Positions 25,172-37,017 of a stretch of DNA of 64,000 nucleotides are shown here, in pieces (positions within the stretch are counted from its first letter, which is position 1; the number at the start of each line of letters is the position of its first letter). Origin of the DNA: Ranitomeya imitator (lineage: Eukaryota). The notes under the pieces are model-generated. The model was given only the letters and a program-made list of their open reading frames with translations, was not told the origin of the DNA and did no database searches. The position numbers were made by a program, and so were the translations under genes. The stretch covers positions 558,868,001 to 558,932,000 of the forward strand of contig NC_091283.1 in assembly GCF_032444005.1 (NCBI RefSeq). The letters are read 5' to 3'.

Positions 25172-26506
25172 AGGGAAGGTGCCACCAGTTTTTTTTGTAG
25201 TTTGTTTTTTTGTGAAATTAAGCTTAAAATTGTAAATAAAATGTATTAATGCAATGTTTGCACTGTTTGCAAACATTTCTATATGAAAAAGATTATATAT
25301 TTTCTTACAAATATATATATTGACCACTAGGAGTTTCCGTTTTAGACCTTAAGCAGCTATAGTAAGACTTACCAGCTTTACTGTTAGCTGGAAAATTGGG
25401 GCAGTAACTGCTGACATCACCATTTCCCTCCCCTTTTGGGTGGTCTAATACAGGGGTCCCCAACTCCAGTCCTCAAGGCCCACCAACAGGTCATGTTTTC
25501 AGGATTTCCTTTGCATTGCACAGGTGATGCAATTATTACCTGGGCAAGACTAAGGAAATCCTGAAAACATGACATGTTGGTGGGCCTTGAGGACTGGAGT
25601 TGGGGACCCCTGGTCTAATATCCCTGGGGCAGAATGAAGAGCAGCATCACAGGGCAGAGCCATTTTGTGTGTGACTGCCCTGTGATCTGCTATCACCAGC
25701 AGTTACTGCATCAGAAACACAGCTACAGAGTTTACAAAAAAGCAGAACACAGTGGGCTCAGCAGCATGGTGGACTGGAGGAAAAGTGAAGACATGTGGTG
25801 TTTATGTATGGAGCAGCATTGTCTGAGGGGAGCTGACTGTGACTCATCCCTCAGTAAGATAAGAAGGAGGAGATCCAGGTCTGCTGAGAATGGCCAGGCA
25901 TTGTGGAGGGAGGGGAGAGATACATTGTATGGCAGAGAGAGAGGCAGGCTGTGAATGCAGCTTACTGGAGATCACAGGGTCTGTGTGTGAGGAGGCGGAG
26001 AAGAGCAGGAGAAGCACACAGGGAGGGCAGTGTGTGAGAGCAGAGGATGTGTGCTCAGGACGTGTAGTGCCTGGAGTACAGAGGAGCATGGAGATAAAAC
26101 GCCCGCACTCCCCATCCTCCGTTTCCAGTGAGTGCTTCTCTCCTGCCATAGAAAGTAAGTGGAGCTCAGCAGATAGCACTGGGCTATAATAAAATGGCAG
26201 CTAGTCACACCTACAGCAGTGAATTGTGCAGCCCACAGAGGCGTGCCCAGCTCACTGCTAAAGCAGCTACAATGTTAGAGATAGGGTCAGCACTGGTCTA
26301 TTATCTCCTATATCCATGGGGTGCCGCAAAATGACACTGATAGTGTCGTGAACTGCTGTGAAACCAAGATGTCAGCCCCCAGTGCCTTCTTTAAACTCAT
26401 ATTACACACGTAATCTGTTTCACATGCATTTAAAACTTGGTTATAGCAGCATGTTATGCTACATTACAGTGATTTATTAATTATCTACAAACGCGGTACC
26501 TTCCCT
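25172..26506. mobile_element. Kolobok/T2-type MITE, copy B, inside the 3' LTR
   Basis: CTAA|AGGGAAGGTGCC ... GGTACCTTCCCT|TTAA. The other LTR shows the empty site CCACTTAAATAGTCC. Confidence 0.88.
25451..25612. mobile_element. hAT MITE (162 bp) inside T2 MITE copy B
   Basis: TIR CAGGGGTCCCCAAC...GTTGGGGACCCCTG with 8-bp TSD GTCTAATA. Single GTCTAATA at the same position in copy A (about 12148-12155). Confidence 0.93.
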
Positions 26507-27419
26507 TTAAGTAGTCCATACGGTTTTAGTTAGACACAGCATAAACCCGCGTAAGGTACAGTCCATTTCATTACATCAGCAACACAGGTTCTGGCTATCA
26601 GTCTTGTTCCAAAAGCAGATACACTTGTCTGCCTTTCCTACAACCCTCTTGTCCGAGGTTAACTTACAGGAGCTCCGCTCCACACGCTTCTAGTCAGTCC
26701 TGACTTCCAGAGAAATTGCCTTGCTGAGACCACTGACCGTACTATGACTGGCTCGACAAGCTCCAATCTGTCAGCTCCAGACCATCAAAAGGACGGTAGC
26801 TTCCTTATTTCAGATAGCCGTCCCGGACTCTGCAGGCCCATGACCTCCTCCATGTGCTTTCCAGGAAGCCTGTCTTCTTCCAGGAACTTCCAACACAGAG
26901 ACCATGCGACCAAACAGTCTTGTTATATCCAATGAGACACACCTATTGATGGGAGGCAGGTGGTTAGCCAGACCCGCCCAACTTTCCGGCTAACCTGCAA
27001 GCCCAGCCGTTATAAACTAAATAAGGCTCGTGGAACTACAGGTCCCAGAGAAACCTTCCAGGCTTAGAGCGCAGAGGACCTCCACCTCAGAGACACATAC
27101 CAGCCATTCACAGTAATGTCAGTCACTGTCTCACATATTTCCCCCTCCCCTGTTCAATCTTTTGGGGTTGAACACCTGTCATAAGCCAGGGATGCCGAAA
27201 CAGGGCACCCACGTTACTTTCCCTACTAGTTGAGAGGGCCTTCTCAGTCGTTTTTGAGCGTTTGTTACTGAAACATAGTCCCATCGCTGTCACCACATTC
27301 CTCTCCGTGAACAATGCACTATCGGACTTTGTCACTTCATGTTTTAGAGTCAGAACTTTCTTAGGCCTCCTCCACCCCCAGCGGTCAGTATGTAGGCACA
27401 ACTCCCTTGCACCCATAAC

Positions 27420-29315
27420 TACTGTCTGGCCTTGGGCTTCACCCCTTGAGTCACAGTCTGTCAGTGTCACCAGTCCTTTTTTAGTCACCACACTTCTCAA
27501 GTACGCCTCTTTAACAGACTTCTCTCCCCATGACCGCCTCCAATGGTTTGTGAGGCAGTGAGACTCACTTGCAGTCGAGCCTACTGTCTGATCTGACACT
27601 GACCTATCTAGTACGCTACAGGGGCTACTACCTGGGTTAACAGAGGAGTCACTATCTCTAAGCCTTCCGTGTCCTCTTCCATCAGTCCACCTTCGGTTCT
27701 CTCTGTTGTCAACTTCTCCCATTTCCTTTATTAACCAGAGACCAGTCATTCCATTTATCTCTACTTTCCATATTGGCTTCAGATTAAGTACATCCACTCT
27801 TTAGAGAACCCCTTCCATCTCTCTATATTTCGGGTTGAAAGTGGTCACCATCTTCTTTCCATTTCCTGCAACTGTTTATTAATTTGTAGTCTGTCAATCC
27901 TCAGCTGCTCTATCTCTTGGGTACGCCATACAATATTTAAAGAGTATTTGAACATTTCTAAGGCTTTCCATTGATCTGATAATGGCGAGTGGAACCATCC
28001 CATCTTCACCAGCTACCTGGGCTTCGTCATTAGCCTGAATCCTCACTCTCGCCACACTGGACTTATTCACGATTTCCTGCATTACTTTCTCAAGTCTCCT
28101 AATAACTTTCCTCGCCATACTTCTGGGCACTTGAGCGAGGTCTTCCACAAACCCCAACCTACTCTGAGCTTTCCTTGTACGCTCCAGACATCGAGCGGCT
28201 TCCTTATTCCTGAACAAGATCATCTGTTTCGTGTGAGAACCATGTAGGTGCATGTCACTCAGGATAGCCACTTGCTTCACTGTGACTTCCCTAGTTGACA
28301 GTATAACAAACTGCGTAGTCTCTGGCGCCCAGTTCACACTACACGCTTCCACCGCCTTCCTAAATTCTTCATGCACAGACTCACTGGCACAAGCTTCTCT
28401 CAAGTTCTCGGGTACCTCTACTACCCCCTTAAAGGGAACCTGTCACCCCGTTTTTTCAAGAAGAGCTAAAAATAGCGTTAAATAGGGGCAGAGCTGGGCT
28501 TTACATTAGTGTATTTTGGAGCCTTTATTCCCCACCTATGCTGCCGAAATACCTTTGTAAAGTCGCCGTTTTGGGCTGTCACTCACGCTGGTCAGGTCAT
28601 ATGGGCGTGGTGACAGCGCTGTTTCTCCCGCAGATCTCCGTTGGTGGCGTAGTGGTGTGCGCATGTCCAAGTGGCGAATCCACTGCGCAGCTTCAAGGAA
28701 AATAGCGCGATCTGCGCTATTCAGCCGTTTATCGGTGGGCGCGGCCATCTTTGTGAGGCCGCGCGTGCGCAGATAGTTCTTCTCGGCTTCAGGAAAATGG
28801 CCGCGGGATGCCGCGCGTGCGCAGATGGAGATCGCGGCGGCCATTTTACTGCAGCCGAGATGCGAACTCGGCTTCAGGAAAATGGCCGTCGAGATCGCCA
28901 TCTGCGCACGCACGGCATCCCGCGGCCATTTTCCTGAAGCCCCGGGAAGCCGAGAAGAACCATCTGCGCACGCGCGGCCTCACAAAGATGGCCGCGCCTA
29001 CCGATGAACGGCTGAATAGCGCAGATCGCGCTATTTTCCTTGAAGCTGCGCAGTGGATTCGCCACTTGGACATGCGCACACCACTACGCCACCAACGGAG
29101 ATCTGGGGGAGAAACAGTGCTGTCACCACGCCCATATGACCTGATCAGCGTGAGTGACAGCCCAATACGGCGACTTTACAAAGGTATTTCGGCAGCATAG
29201 GTGGGGAATAAAGGCTCCAAAATACACTAATGTAAAGCCCAGTTCTGCCCCTATTTAACGCTATTTTTAGCTCTTCTTGAAAAAACGGGGTGACAGGTTC
29301 CCTTTAAAGAGCGAA
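27420..29315 (-). pseudogene. FXR1: Intronless FXR1-derived sequence (post-Tudor region, KH2, part of the C-terminal region; KH1 missing) with frameshifts and a MITE insertion
   Basis: [43 protein letters not shown] vs FXR1 [74 protein letters not shown] vs [63 protein letters not shown] and GLVTLTDCDSR also align. Confidence 0.88.
28433..29303. mobile_element. Kolobok/T2 MITE, 871-bp near-perfect palindrome, inserted into the FXR1-derived frame
   Basis: TTAA|AGGGAACCTGTCA ... TGACAGGTTCCCT|TTAA. Removing it rejoins ...[15 protein letters not shown]. Confidence 0.92.
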
Positions 29316-32300
29316 GCCTCATCCTCTTCAGGGATCGACGGCTCCTGCTTTAGCTTGGAAGTTTCCATCAAGTCATCTGCCACGACTAGGTGTTTGTCTT
29401 GTTCAGCCTGTAGCGCAAACTCTCCCTGAGCTTCACACTCTTCAAGACACCTCCCCAAGATAGGAATTTTCAGCTCAGCCTCCTTATCACTCTGGAACTG
29501 CTGCTTTAAATCTATGACCACCATCTCCTTCTCCTGGTAGAAGTCCCCTTAATGCTTCTTTGAGCACCTCCATATCTTCAAATATATCCTTGTTCACTGT
29601 TTGACATGTTGACAGATGATCCCTGAGCTCAGAGACTTTTCTCCAGCTCATCCACTCCGTGTTCACTCACTTATCTCAAGACCTTTCCTTGCTCAACATG
29701 GTCTTTTACTGTCTCTCGGATCTCTGCTGGGTATCGCCGAAGCTTCCATCTTCTCTTTCCCACACTCCATCACCGAGCCTCGGGTTCTCTAGAGTCCTCG
29801 CCACCCACTGTCATGGGGTCACATGCCTCAATACAGTTCCCTTCCCCTTCAAGAGTTTTGACACCGTTGTCATTTTCCTCCACCGCAGAGTTGAAGGGAC
29901 CACCAAGACTGCTCTCCATGACCTTTGTGGGTTTTTCCTCCACCTGCGCTCTCAGGGATTCCTTCACCTACCGTGATTTCCGTTGAAGGATCTCTACCGT
30001 CACCATGTGTTAGTTTTCTTTTCAGCACATCATTGACTACCTCTTTGCTGGGGTTTGTCACTGGCAAGGTGACCTCCATATCGAGGACATTAACCTTGTT
30101 TGCATTTGACCCTGTCACTTCGTCAGTCCTCTTTTCAAAGGGTGTAGCCTGTCCTGCCTTTCTGCGGTCGCCATGTCCCCGACAACAAGAGGAAGACTTG
30201 CCACTTGTACCCGGCTCCACGTTACTGCTCTCTCTTTCCCTTGCGTTAGAGTTACAGTCTGAATGGGAGTCACCACCACTCACCCTGTCACCCTGGAACA
30301 ACAAGTCCACCTGGAGCTGTCCCGTTTCCAACGTGCCTGAGTTGGTCAAACCCACACTTTCTTCCGGTCACCCCTAAATCTGGGCCATCGACCTTAGGGG
30401 GCGCTACCTCATCCTCTTTATACATCATACTACCAAGAACCCCTTCAGCCGCCTGCTGCGGTGGGACTCCCTTAGGGTAGTTCCAGCTCCCTTCTGAGCA
30501 ATCACACTTCCCCTTCTCTCCCACAAATCCCAAAACTATTCAAAGTCCCGGCCAATTATAATAGGGTATGGCTAAAGGACATTGTGAAAAAGTTGAGCTG
30601 CTGAAGGTGCGCTGATATTACTGCGAATAATTTGCTGCTATTACATACAAACCACTTCAATCTTTGGACATCGACACATACTGGACGGGAAGAATGACTC
30701 TGTAATATACTGTATAATAGTTTTTCCTACTGTTCATAGTAACATTGTAATATTTTTTGGTTCAATCCCAATTAGGAAATGTGCTCCACTATTGTAGGAA
30801 ATGTGCTCCACTATTGCTAATGCCATCCAGCGTACATCTTGCCACATGTATGCAATCCTTGAGCAGCCGGTCGAGGGTGCATACTGCTGTGCGAGATGTG
30901 AGCACGTTGTGCATTTGGAAGCCCAGATACTGGATCTAAATGTGCAGCTGGCAACACTGAGATCCATAGACAATATGGAAAGGAGTCTTCTCCTCACTGA
31001 GCAGACGCTCAATGGGATAGATGGGAGGGATGGTAGGATGGTGCTGCAGGACAGCGAAGCAGCAAGCTGGGTAACAGGAAGCAGGGTAGAGGGAAGAGTG
31101 CCAGGGAGGCTAGTCCTGATCTGGCACACCCCAATAAGTTTGCCAAGTTGGCAGATGGGGGGGTGCCAGTACAGGGGTAGCACTGCTGCAGCAAGGCATG
31201 TCCTCTGAAAGCTGGAGGAGTGGCTGCTACAGTAAGGAGGGAAATAGGAGAGCAGGGCAGGCCAGACAGGTGCTGGTAGTGGGCGATTCAATTATTAGGG
31301 GAACAGATAAGGCAATCTGTCACAAAGACAGGGATCGTCGAACGGTGTGCTGCCTACCTGGCGCTCGAGTTCGACACATCGCTGATCGGGTTGACAGATT
31401 ACTGGGAGGGCCTAGTGAGGACCCCAGCGGTCATGGTGCACATTGGTATAAATGACAGAGTTAGAGGTAGGTGGAAGGTCCTTAAAGATGATTTCAGGGA
31501 ATTAGGCTGCAAGCTGAAAGCAAAGACCTCCAAGGTGGTATTATCTGAAATACTGCCTGTTCCATGCCAGAGAGGCAACGGGAGATTAGGGAGGTTAATA
31601 AGTGGCTCAAGAATTGGTGTAGGAAGGAGGGGGTTTGGGTTCCCGCAGAACTGGGCTGACTTCTCAGTTGGCTACAGGTTCTACGCTAGGGACGGGCTGC
31701 ACCTCAATGGGGAAGGTGCAGCTGTGCTGGGGTTGAAAATGGCTAGAAGGTTGGAGGAGTGTTTAAACTAGGGATTGGGGGGAGGGTATTCATTTTATAG
31801 GAGGGGAAGATAATGCAGATAGAGACCTGGGCCCAAATAAGGAAGTTGGGGGTGGCGGTGGCATGGGGGGGTGGGGTTAGAACAATTAATCATTTAAGAA
31901 AGAATAGAGGTGCAGAGAGATATATATATCGTGCATGTATACCAATGCCAGAAGCCTCGCCAACAAAATGGACAAATTAGAATGAATGTTTTTGGAGCAT
32001 AATTATGACATGGTGGGGATATCTGAAACATGGCTGGATGAGAGCCATAACTGGGCTGTTAACTTGCAGGGTTATAGTCTGTTCAGAAATGACCAAATGG
32101 ATAAGCATGGGCGAGGTGTGTGTCTATATGTAAAACCCATCCTGCGTGATATTATAGGTGAATCTAATGAAAATGTAGAGTCCCTGTGGGTGGAGATAAG
32201 GGGAGGGGGAAAAAATAATAAATTACTGATAGGGGTTAGTTAGAAGTCTCCAAAAATAATGGAAGCAATGGAGAATATCCTCATAAAACAAATAGATGAA

Positions 32301-34374
32301 GCTGTGACTCAAGGAGAAGTCATTATTATGGGGGACTTCAACTACCATGAAATAGATTGGGGAACGGAAATCTGCAGTTCCAGCAAAGGTAATCGGTTTT
32401 TGACAACTATGAGAGACAATTACCTTTCACAACTGGTTGAGGACCCAACAAGAAGGGGGGCACTGCTAGACCTAATATTAACCAACAGGCCAGACCGCAT
32501 AGCAAATATAAGGGTTGGGGGTCACTTGGGGAATAATGATCACAAAATAATAAGTTTTCATGTATCCTTTAATAAGATGGGTAGTAGAGGGGTTACAAGG
32601 ACACTAAACTTCAGGAGGGAAAATTTCCAACGAATGAGAGATGATCTTGGTGCAATTAACTGGGAAGATATCCTGAGACATAAAAATACACAAAGAAAAT
32701 GGGAGACATTTATTAGCATTCTGGATAGGACCTGTGCACAGTATATACCGTATGGGAATAAACATACTAGAAATAGGAGGAAACCAATATGGCTAAATAG
32801 AGCTGTGAGGGGCGCAATAAGTGACAAAAAGAAAGCATTTAGAGAATTAAAGGAAGTAGGTAGTGAGGAGGCATTAAATAAATACAGAAAATTAAATAAA
32901 TTCTGTAAAAAGCAAATCAAGGCAGCAAAGATTGAGACAGAGAGACTCCTTGCCAGAGAGAGTAAAAATAATCCCAAAATGTTCTTTAACTACGTAAATA
33001 GTAAGAAACAAAAAGATGATAGTGTTGGCCCCCTTAAAAATAGTCTGGGTGAAATGGTGGATGAGGAAAAAGCCAATATGCTTCATCAGTATTTACACAA
33101 GAAAATCCCATGGCAGACAATATAATCAGTGATAACAAAAATTCACCATTAAATGTCACCTGCTTAAATCAGCAGGAAGTACAGCGGCGTCTAAAAATTA
33201 CTAAAATTGACAAATCTCCGTGCCCGGATGGGATACACCCCTGAGTACTGCAGGAATTAAGTACAGTCATTGATAGACCATTATTTTTAATCTTTAAAGA
33301 CTCCATAATAACAGGGTCTGTACCACAGGACTGGCGTATACAAATGTGGTGCCAGTATTCAAAAAGGGGAAAAAACTGAACTTGGAAATTATAGGCCAGT
33401 AAGCTTAACCTCTACTGTGGGTAAAATCCTGGAGGGCATTCTAAGGGATGCTATACTGGAGTATCTGAAGAGGTATAACCTCATGACCCAGTATCAGCAC
33501 AGGTTTACTAGGGACCGTTCAAGTCAGACTAATTTGATCAGCTTCTATGAAGAGGTATGTTCCGGACTGGACCAAAGGGAACCCAGTGGATGTAGTGTAT
33601 ATGGACTTTTCAAAAGCTTTTGGTACGGTGCCATACAAAAAGTTTGATACATAAAATGAGAATAATGGGGATAGGGGAAAATAGGTGTAAGTGGGTTAAG
33701 AGCTGGCTCAGGGATAGGAAACAAAGGGTGGTTATTAATGGAGCACACTCGGACTGGATAGCGGTTAGCAGTGGAGTACCACAGGGGTCAGTATTGGGCC
33801 CTCTTCTTTTTAACATATTTATTAATGACCTTGTAGGGGGCATACAGAGCAGAAATTCAATATTTGCAGATGACACTAAACTCTGCAGGGTAATCAGTAC
33901 AGAGGAAGACAATTTTATATTACAGAATGATTTACTGTATATAAACTAGAAGCTTGGGCTTATAAATGGCAAATGAGCTATAATGGGAATAAATGTAAGG
34001 GCATGGACATGGGCAGAAGTAATAAGATGTATAACTATCTACTTAATTGTAAAACCATCAATGAAAAAGACCTGGGTGTATGGGTGAACGACAAACTCAA
34101 ATTTAGTGGCCAGTGCTACAAAGGGAAATAAAATAATGGGATGCATTAAAAGAGGCATAGATGCTCATGAGGAGAACATAATTTTACCTCTATACAAGTC
34201 ACTAGTTCGACCACACTTAGAATACTGTGTACAGTTCTGGTCTCCGTTGTATAAGAAATGGTTAGAGAAAAAAGAAATTCCTTTCTTGGCGCTTCCGAAA
34301 GACAAGGATAGTTTGAAGGTTGAGGTAATTTGCTCAGTACCAAATTTATTAGGACACTTTAATAAGAACAAAAC

Positions 34375-34406
34375 AACGCGTTTCAGCCCACAACGGCCTT
34401 CATCAG
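34375..34406 (-). ncRNA. Minimal hammerhead ribozyme core (Penelope-type)
   Basis: CUGAUGA-AGGCC-GUUGU-GGGCU-GAAA-CGCGUU. Palindromic helix III ACGCGU. One mismatch in helix II. Confidence 0.6.
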
Positions 34407-34425
34407 GTATTATATGTGCTTTTAA

Positions 34426-35384
34426 CCCCTTAATGACCGCCAATACGTCTTTTAACTGACCTGAGTTATAAGAGAATAGTATCCCCATACAGGTGACAAT
34501 CCAGCATCTGTCAGTTGTACACTATAGCTGACAACTTGCTGTACCAGCCACGATCAGTATTTGCACCATCTAAATCTGTTTAACCCCTTAGATGCTGCTG
34601 TCAATAGTGACTACATCATTATAAATGGTTAACAGAGCGTGGGGGCTTCTTCTTTGTCCCAATTGGTACCCTCAGATCATGATTTTGTTGTCCTGATGTT
34701 TGCCATGGCAATTCATGGCCAAATAGTGGCCTTAGAGTCTGATTGCTGTAGTAATCTGTTTAGAAGTTAGAGACATTTAGGTGGTAAAAATACACATTTT
34801 CATTTCTGTCATACCACTTTGCATTAATTCCTGTAAAGCACCTGAAGGGTTAATAAACTACCTGACAGCAGTTTTTGATATGTCAGGGGGTGCTGTTTTT
34901 AAAATGGTATCATGTTTGTGGGTTTCCCAATATATGGGACCCCTAAAGTCACTTCAAACATGGATAAGTCCCTAAAAAAATAAATTTTGTAATTTCTTTG
35001 AAAAAATGAAAAATTGCTGCTACATTTTTAAACCTCCTAAACTGCTAACAAAATAAAATAATATTTTACAAATGGTCCTGATGTAAAGCATACATGTGGG
35101 AAATGTTATTTATTAATGGTTTGCTGTGGTATGACCATCTGGATTAAAGGGATAATCATTCGAATTTAGAAAATTGCTAATTTTTTAACATTTTTCTCAA
35201 ATTTTTGATATTTTTTATAAATAAACACAAAAAATGTTGAACAAAATTTACCATTATCATAAAGTATAATGTGTCACGAAAAAACAATCTCAAAATCACT
35301 GGGATTTGTTGAAGCGTTGCAGAGTTATTACCACATAAAGTGACACTGGTCAGATTTCAAAAATTTGGCTCGGTCACTAAGGGG
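34426..35384. mobile_element. piggyBac-type non-autonomous element
   Basis: TTAA|CCCCTTAATGACC ... GGTCACTAAGGGG|TTAA. Confidence 0.8.
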
Positions 35385-36277
35385 TTAAAATTGTTTTAAA
35401 AGAAAGTTATCTTTATAGACTGGTGACTCCTAACACATAGCAGGGGTGTGCCTGAATTAATTGGGATTAACACTCCACCCCAAGTGAGTCAGTGTAATCT
35501 TAAACCAATCCTGGTGTATCAAATGTTATAATGGTATAATAAAAAAAAAACAAATTATATATATATGTAAATAAATATACAAGATATATTATAAATTGTA
35601 AAGTTACACAGTAAATCCTTTTGAAAAGTATTTAAAAAACAATTAAATTACATATCGTCTTAGCAAAATTTAAAAATTTAAAAGTTGGGTAAAGAGAAAA
35701 AAAAATAAATAAAAATAAAATAAATGGATGAATAAATTAATAAATATGCGTTGTTTTGTTCTTATTAAAGTGTCCTAATAAATTTGGTACTGAGCAAATT
35801 CTCTCAACCTTCAAACTATCCTTGTCTTCCGGAAGCGCCAAAAAAGGAATTATTTTTTTTCTCTAACCATTGTATTCACATGCAATCCTTGGATCAAGGC
35901 TGGCATAGTTCCTGCAATAGTGCTGCATACCGGAATATTATAAGGCGTGGATCCATTATACGGATCAATTGAATGTACATACAAGACATCTAAAGGGTGA
36001 GTGCAACAATATATATTTCTTGCTGTGAATATACACCTACACTTAGACTCTGCGCCCCTAGTCTCCCCTTTTATATCTCCTTCCGATATTGTTGTATAAG
36101 AAAGACATAGCTGAACTAGAGCGGCTGCAGAGAAGAGCGACCAAGGTTATTAGAGGACTGGGGGGTCTGCAATACCAAGATAAGTTATTACACTTGGGGC
36201 TATTTAGTTTGGAAAAACGAAGGCTAAGGGGTGATCTTATTTTAATGAATAAATATATGAGGGGACAGTACAAAGAC

Positions 36278-36971
36278 AAAATCATAGAAAAAAGGCTGGC
36301 GCACTCTGATATTAAGTACTCATATAAGAAAAATGGGGGTGCGAACCCAAGTGGCTAAGATAATATCAAAACAAACAGAAAAAGACGCCACTGAAACATA
36401 TTCGCACACCACCAATAATGCATATCAAAAAGGAACAACTTTATTGGAAGCATAGTTAAAAACAGTTAAAACCAATACAAACAACAACTGCCTCCCCCCC
36501 ACACATAAGGCCTGTACGACACTGCATGTGCTGCAGATATAGCACCAAAGTAGTAACGAATTTTGTACAAAATATTAGATGTGTACCGCTATTGGGACAC
36601 ACTGCAAAGGATCAAAGTATACTCCTATACAAGGTTACAACCACAAATAAGGGACATCAAAACTCCGTATAGATAAATGAATGGTCCTTTAAATCCCTAA
36701 CTGATGCACAGATTTAAACCAAGAATTGGCGCACCATTGAGAATCAGAGTATAATGAAGCGGATGTAACCCATGCCACCTCCTAATAGAGGCAAGAAGCA
36801 GAGTAGTCCCATGAGGAAAAATACCCCAGACAGGGCGGTGTGCAACCCAATTACCCAATAGTCACCTGAAATAGGGAGGGTGAAGACGGCAGCCAAGAGT
36901 GTGACAGGCCCGGGAGGCAGATGAGCCCAACGCGTATCGCGGCAGAAAAAAGCCGCTTCGTCAGGGGAAGT
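36278..36971 (-). mobile_element. Second Penelope-like insertion in CR1
   Basis: 14-bp TSD GACAGTACAAAGAC (36264-36277, 36972-36985) and a hammerhead-like core at its right edge. Confidence 0.65.
36929..36964 (-). ncRNA. Degenerate hammerhead ribozyme core
   Basis: CUGACGA-A-GCGGC-loop-GCCGC-GAUA-CGCGUU. GAAA is changed to GAUA. Confidence 0.5.
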
Positions 36972-37017
36972 GACAGTACAAAGACCTTTCTAATGATCTT
37001 TTTACTTGTAGACCTAA

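Larger units (their letters stand above)
25089..27135 (-). mobile_element. 3' LTR (interrupted by a T2 MITE), preceded by PPT AGGGGAGGGGGAAA at 27138-27151
   Basis: Colinear with 38706-39335. TG...CA termini. Confidence 0.9.
34259..36090 (-). mobile_element. Penelope-like insertion with an inverted terminal segment
   Basis: 13-bp TSD GTTGTATAAGAAA (34246-34258, 36091-36103), about 120-bp inverted repeats (34259-34378 vs 35751-35869), and a hammerhead core. Confidence 0.65.

Noticed and set aside
25089-27135. Solo-LTR interpretation
   Set aside because: The immediate flanks do not form a clean TSD, a PPT abuts the element, and a matching LTR with a PBS-like site lies at 38706-39335.
27894-28403. 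First read as LINE ORF1 or a true FXR1 locus
   Set aside because: The peptide matches FXR1 rather than ORF1. It is intronless, frameshifted, lacks the Tudor domains and KH1, and lies between LTRs, so it is not the host gene.
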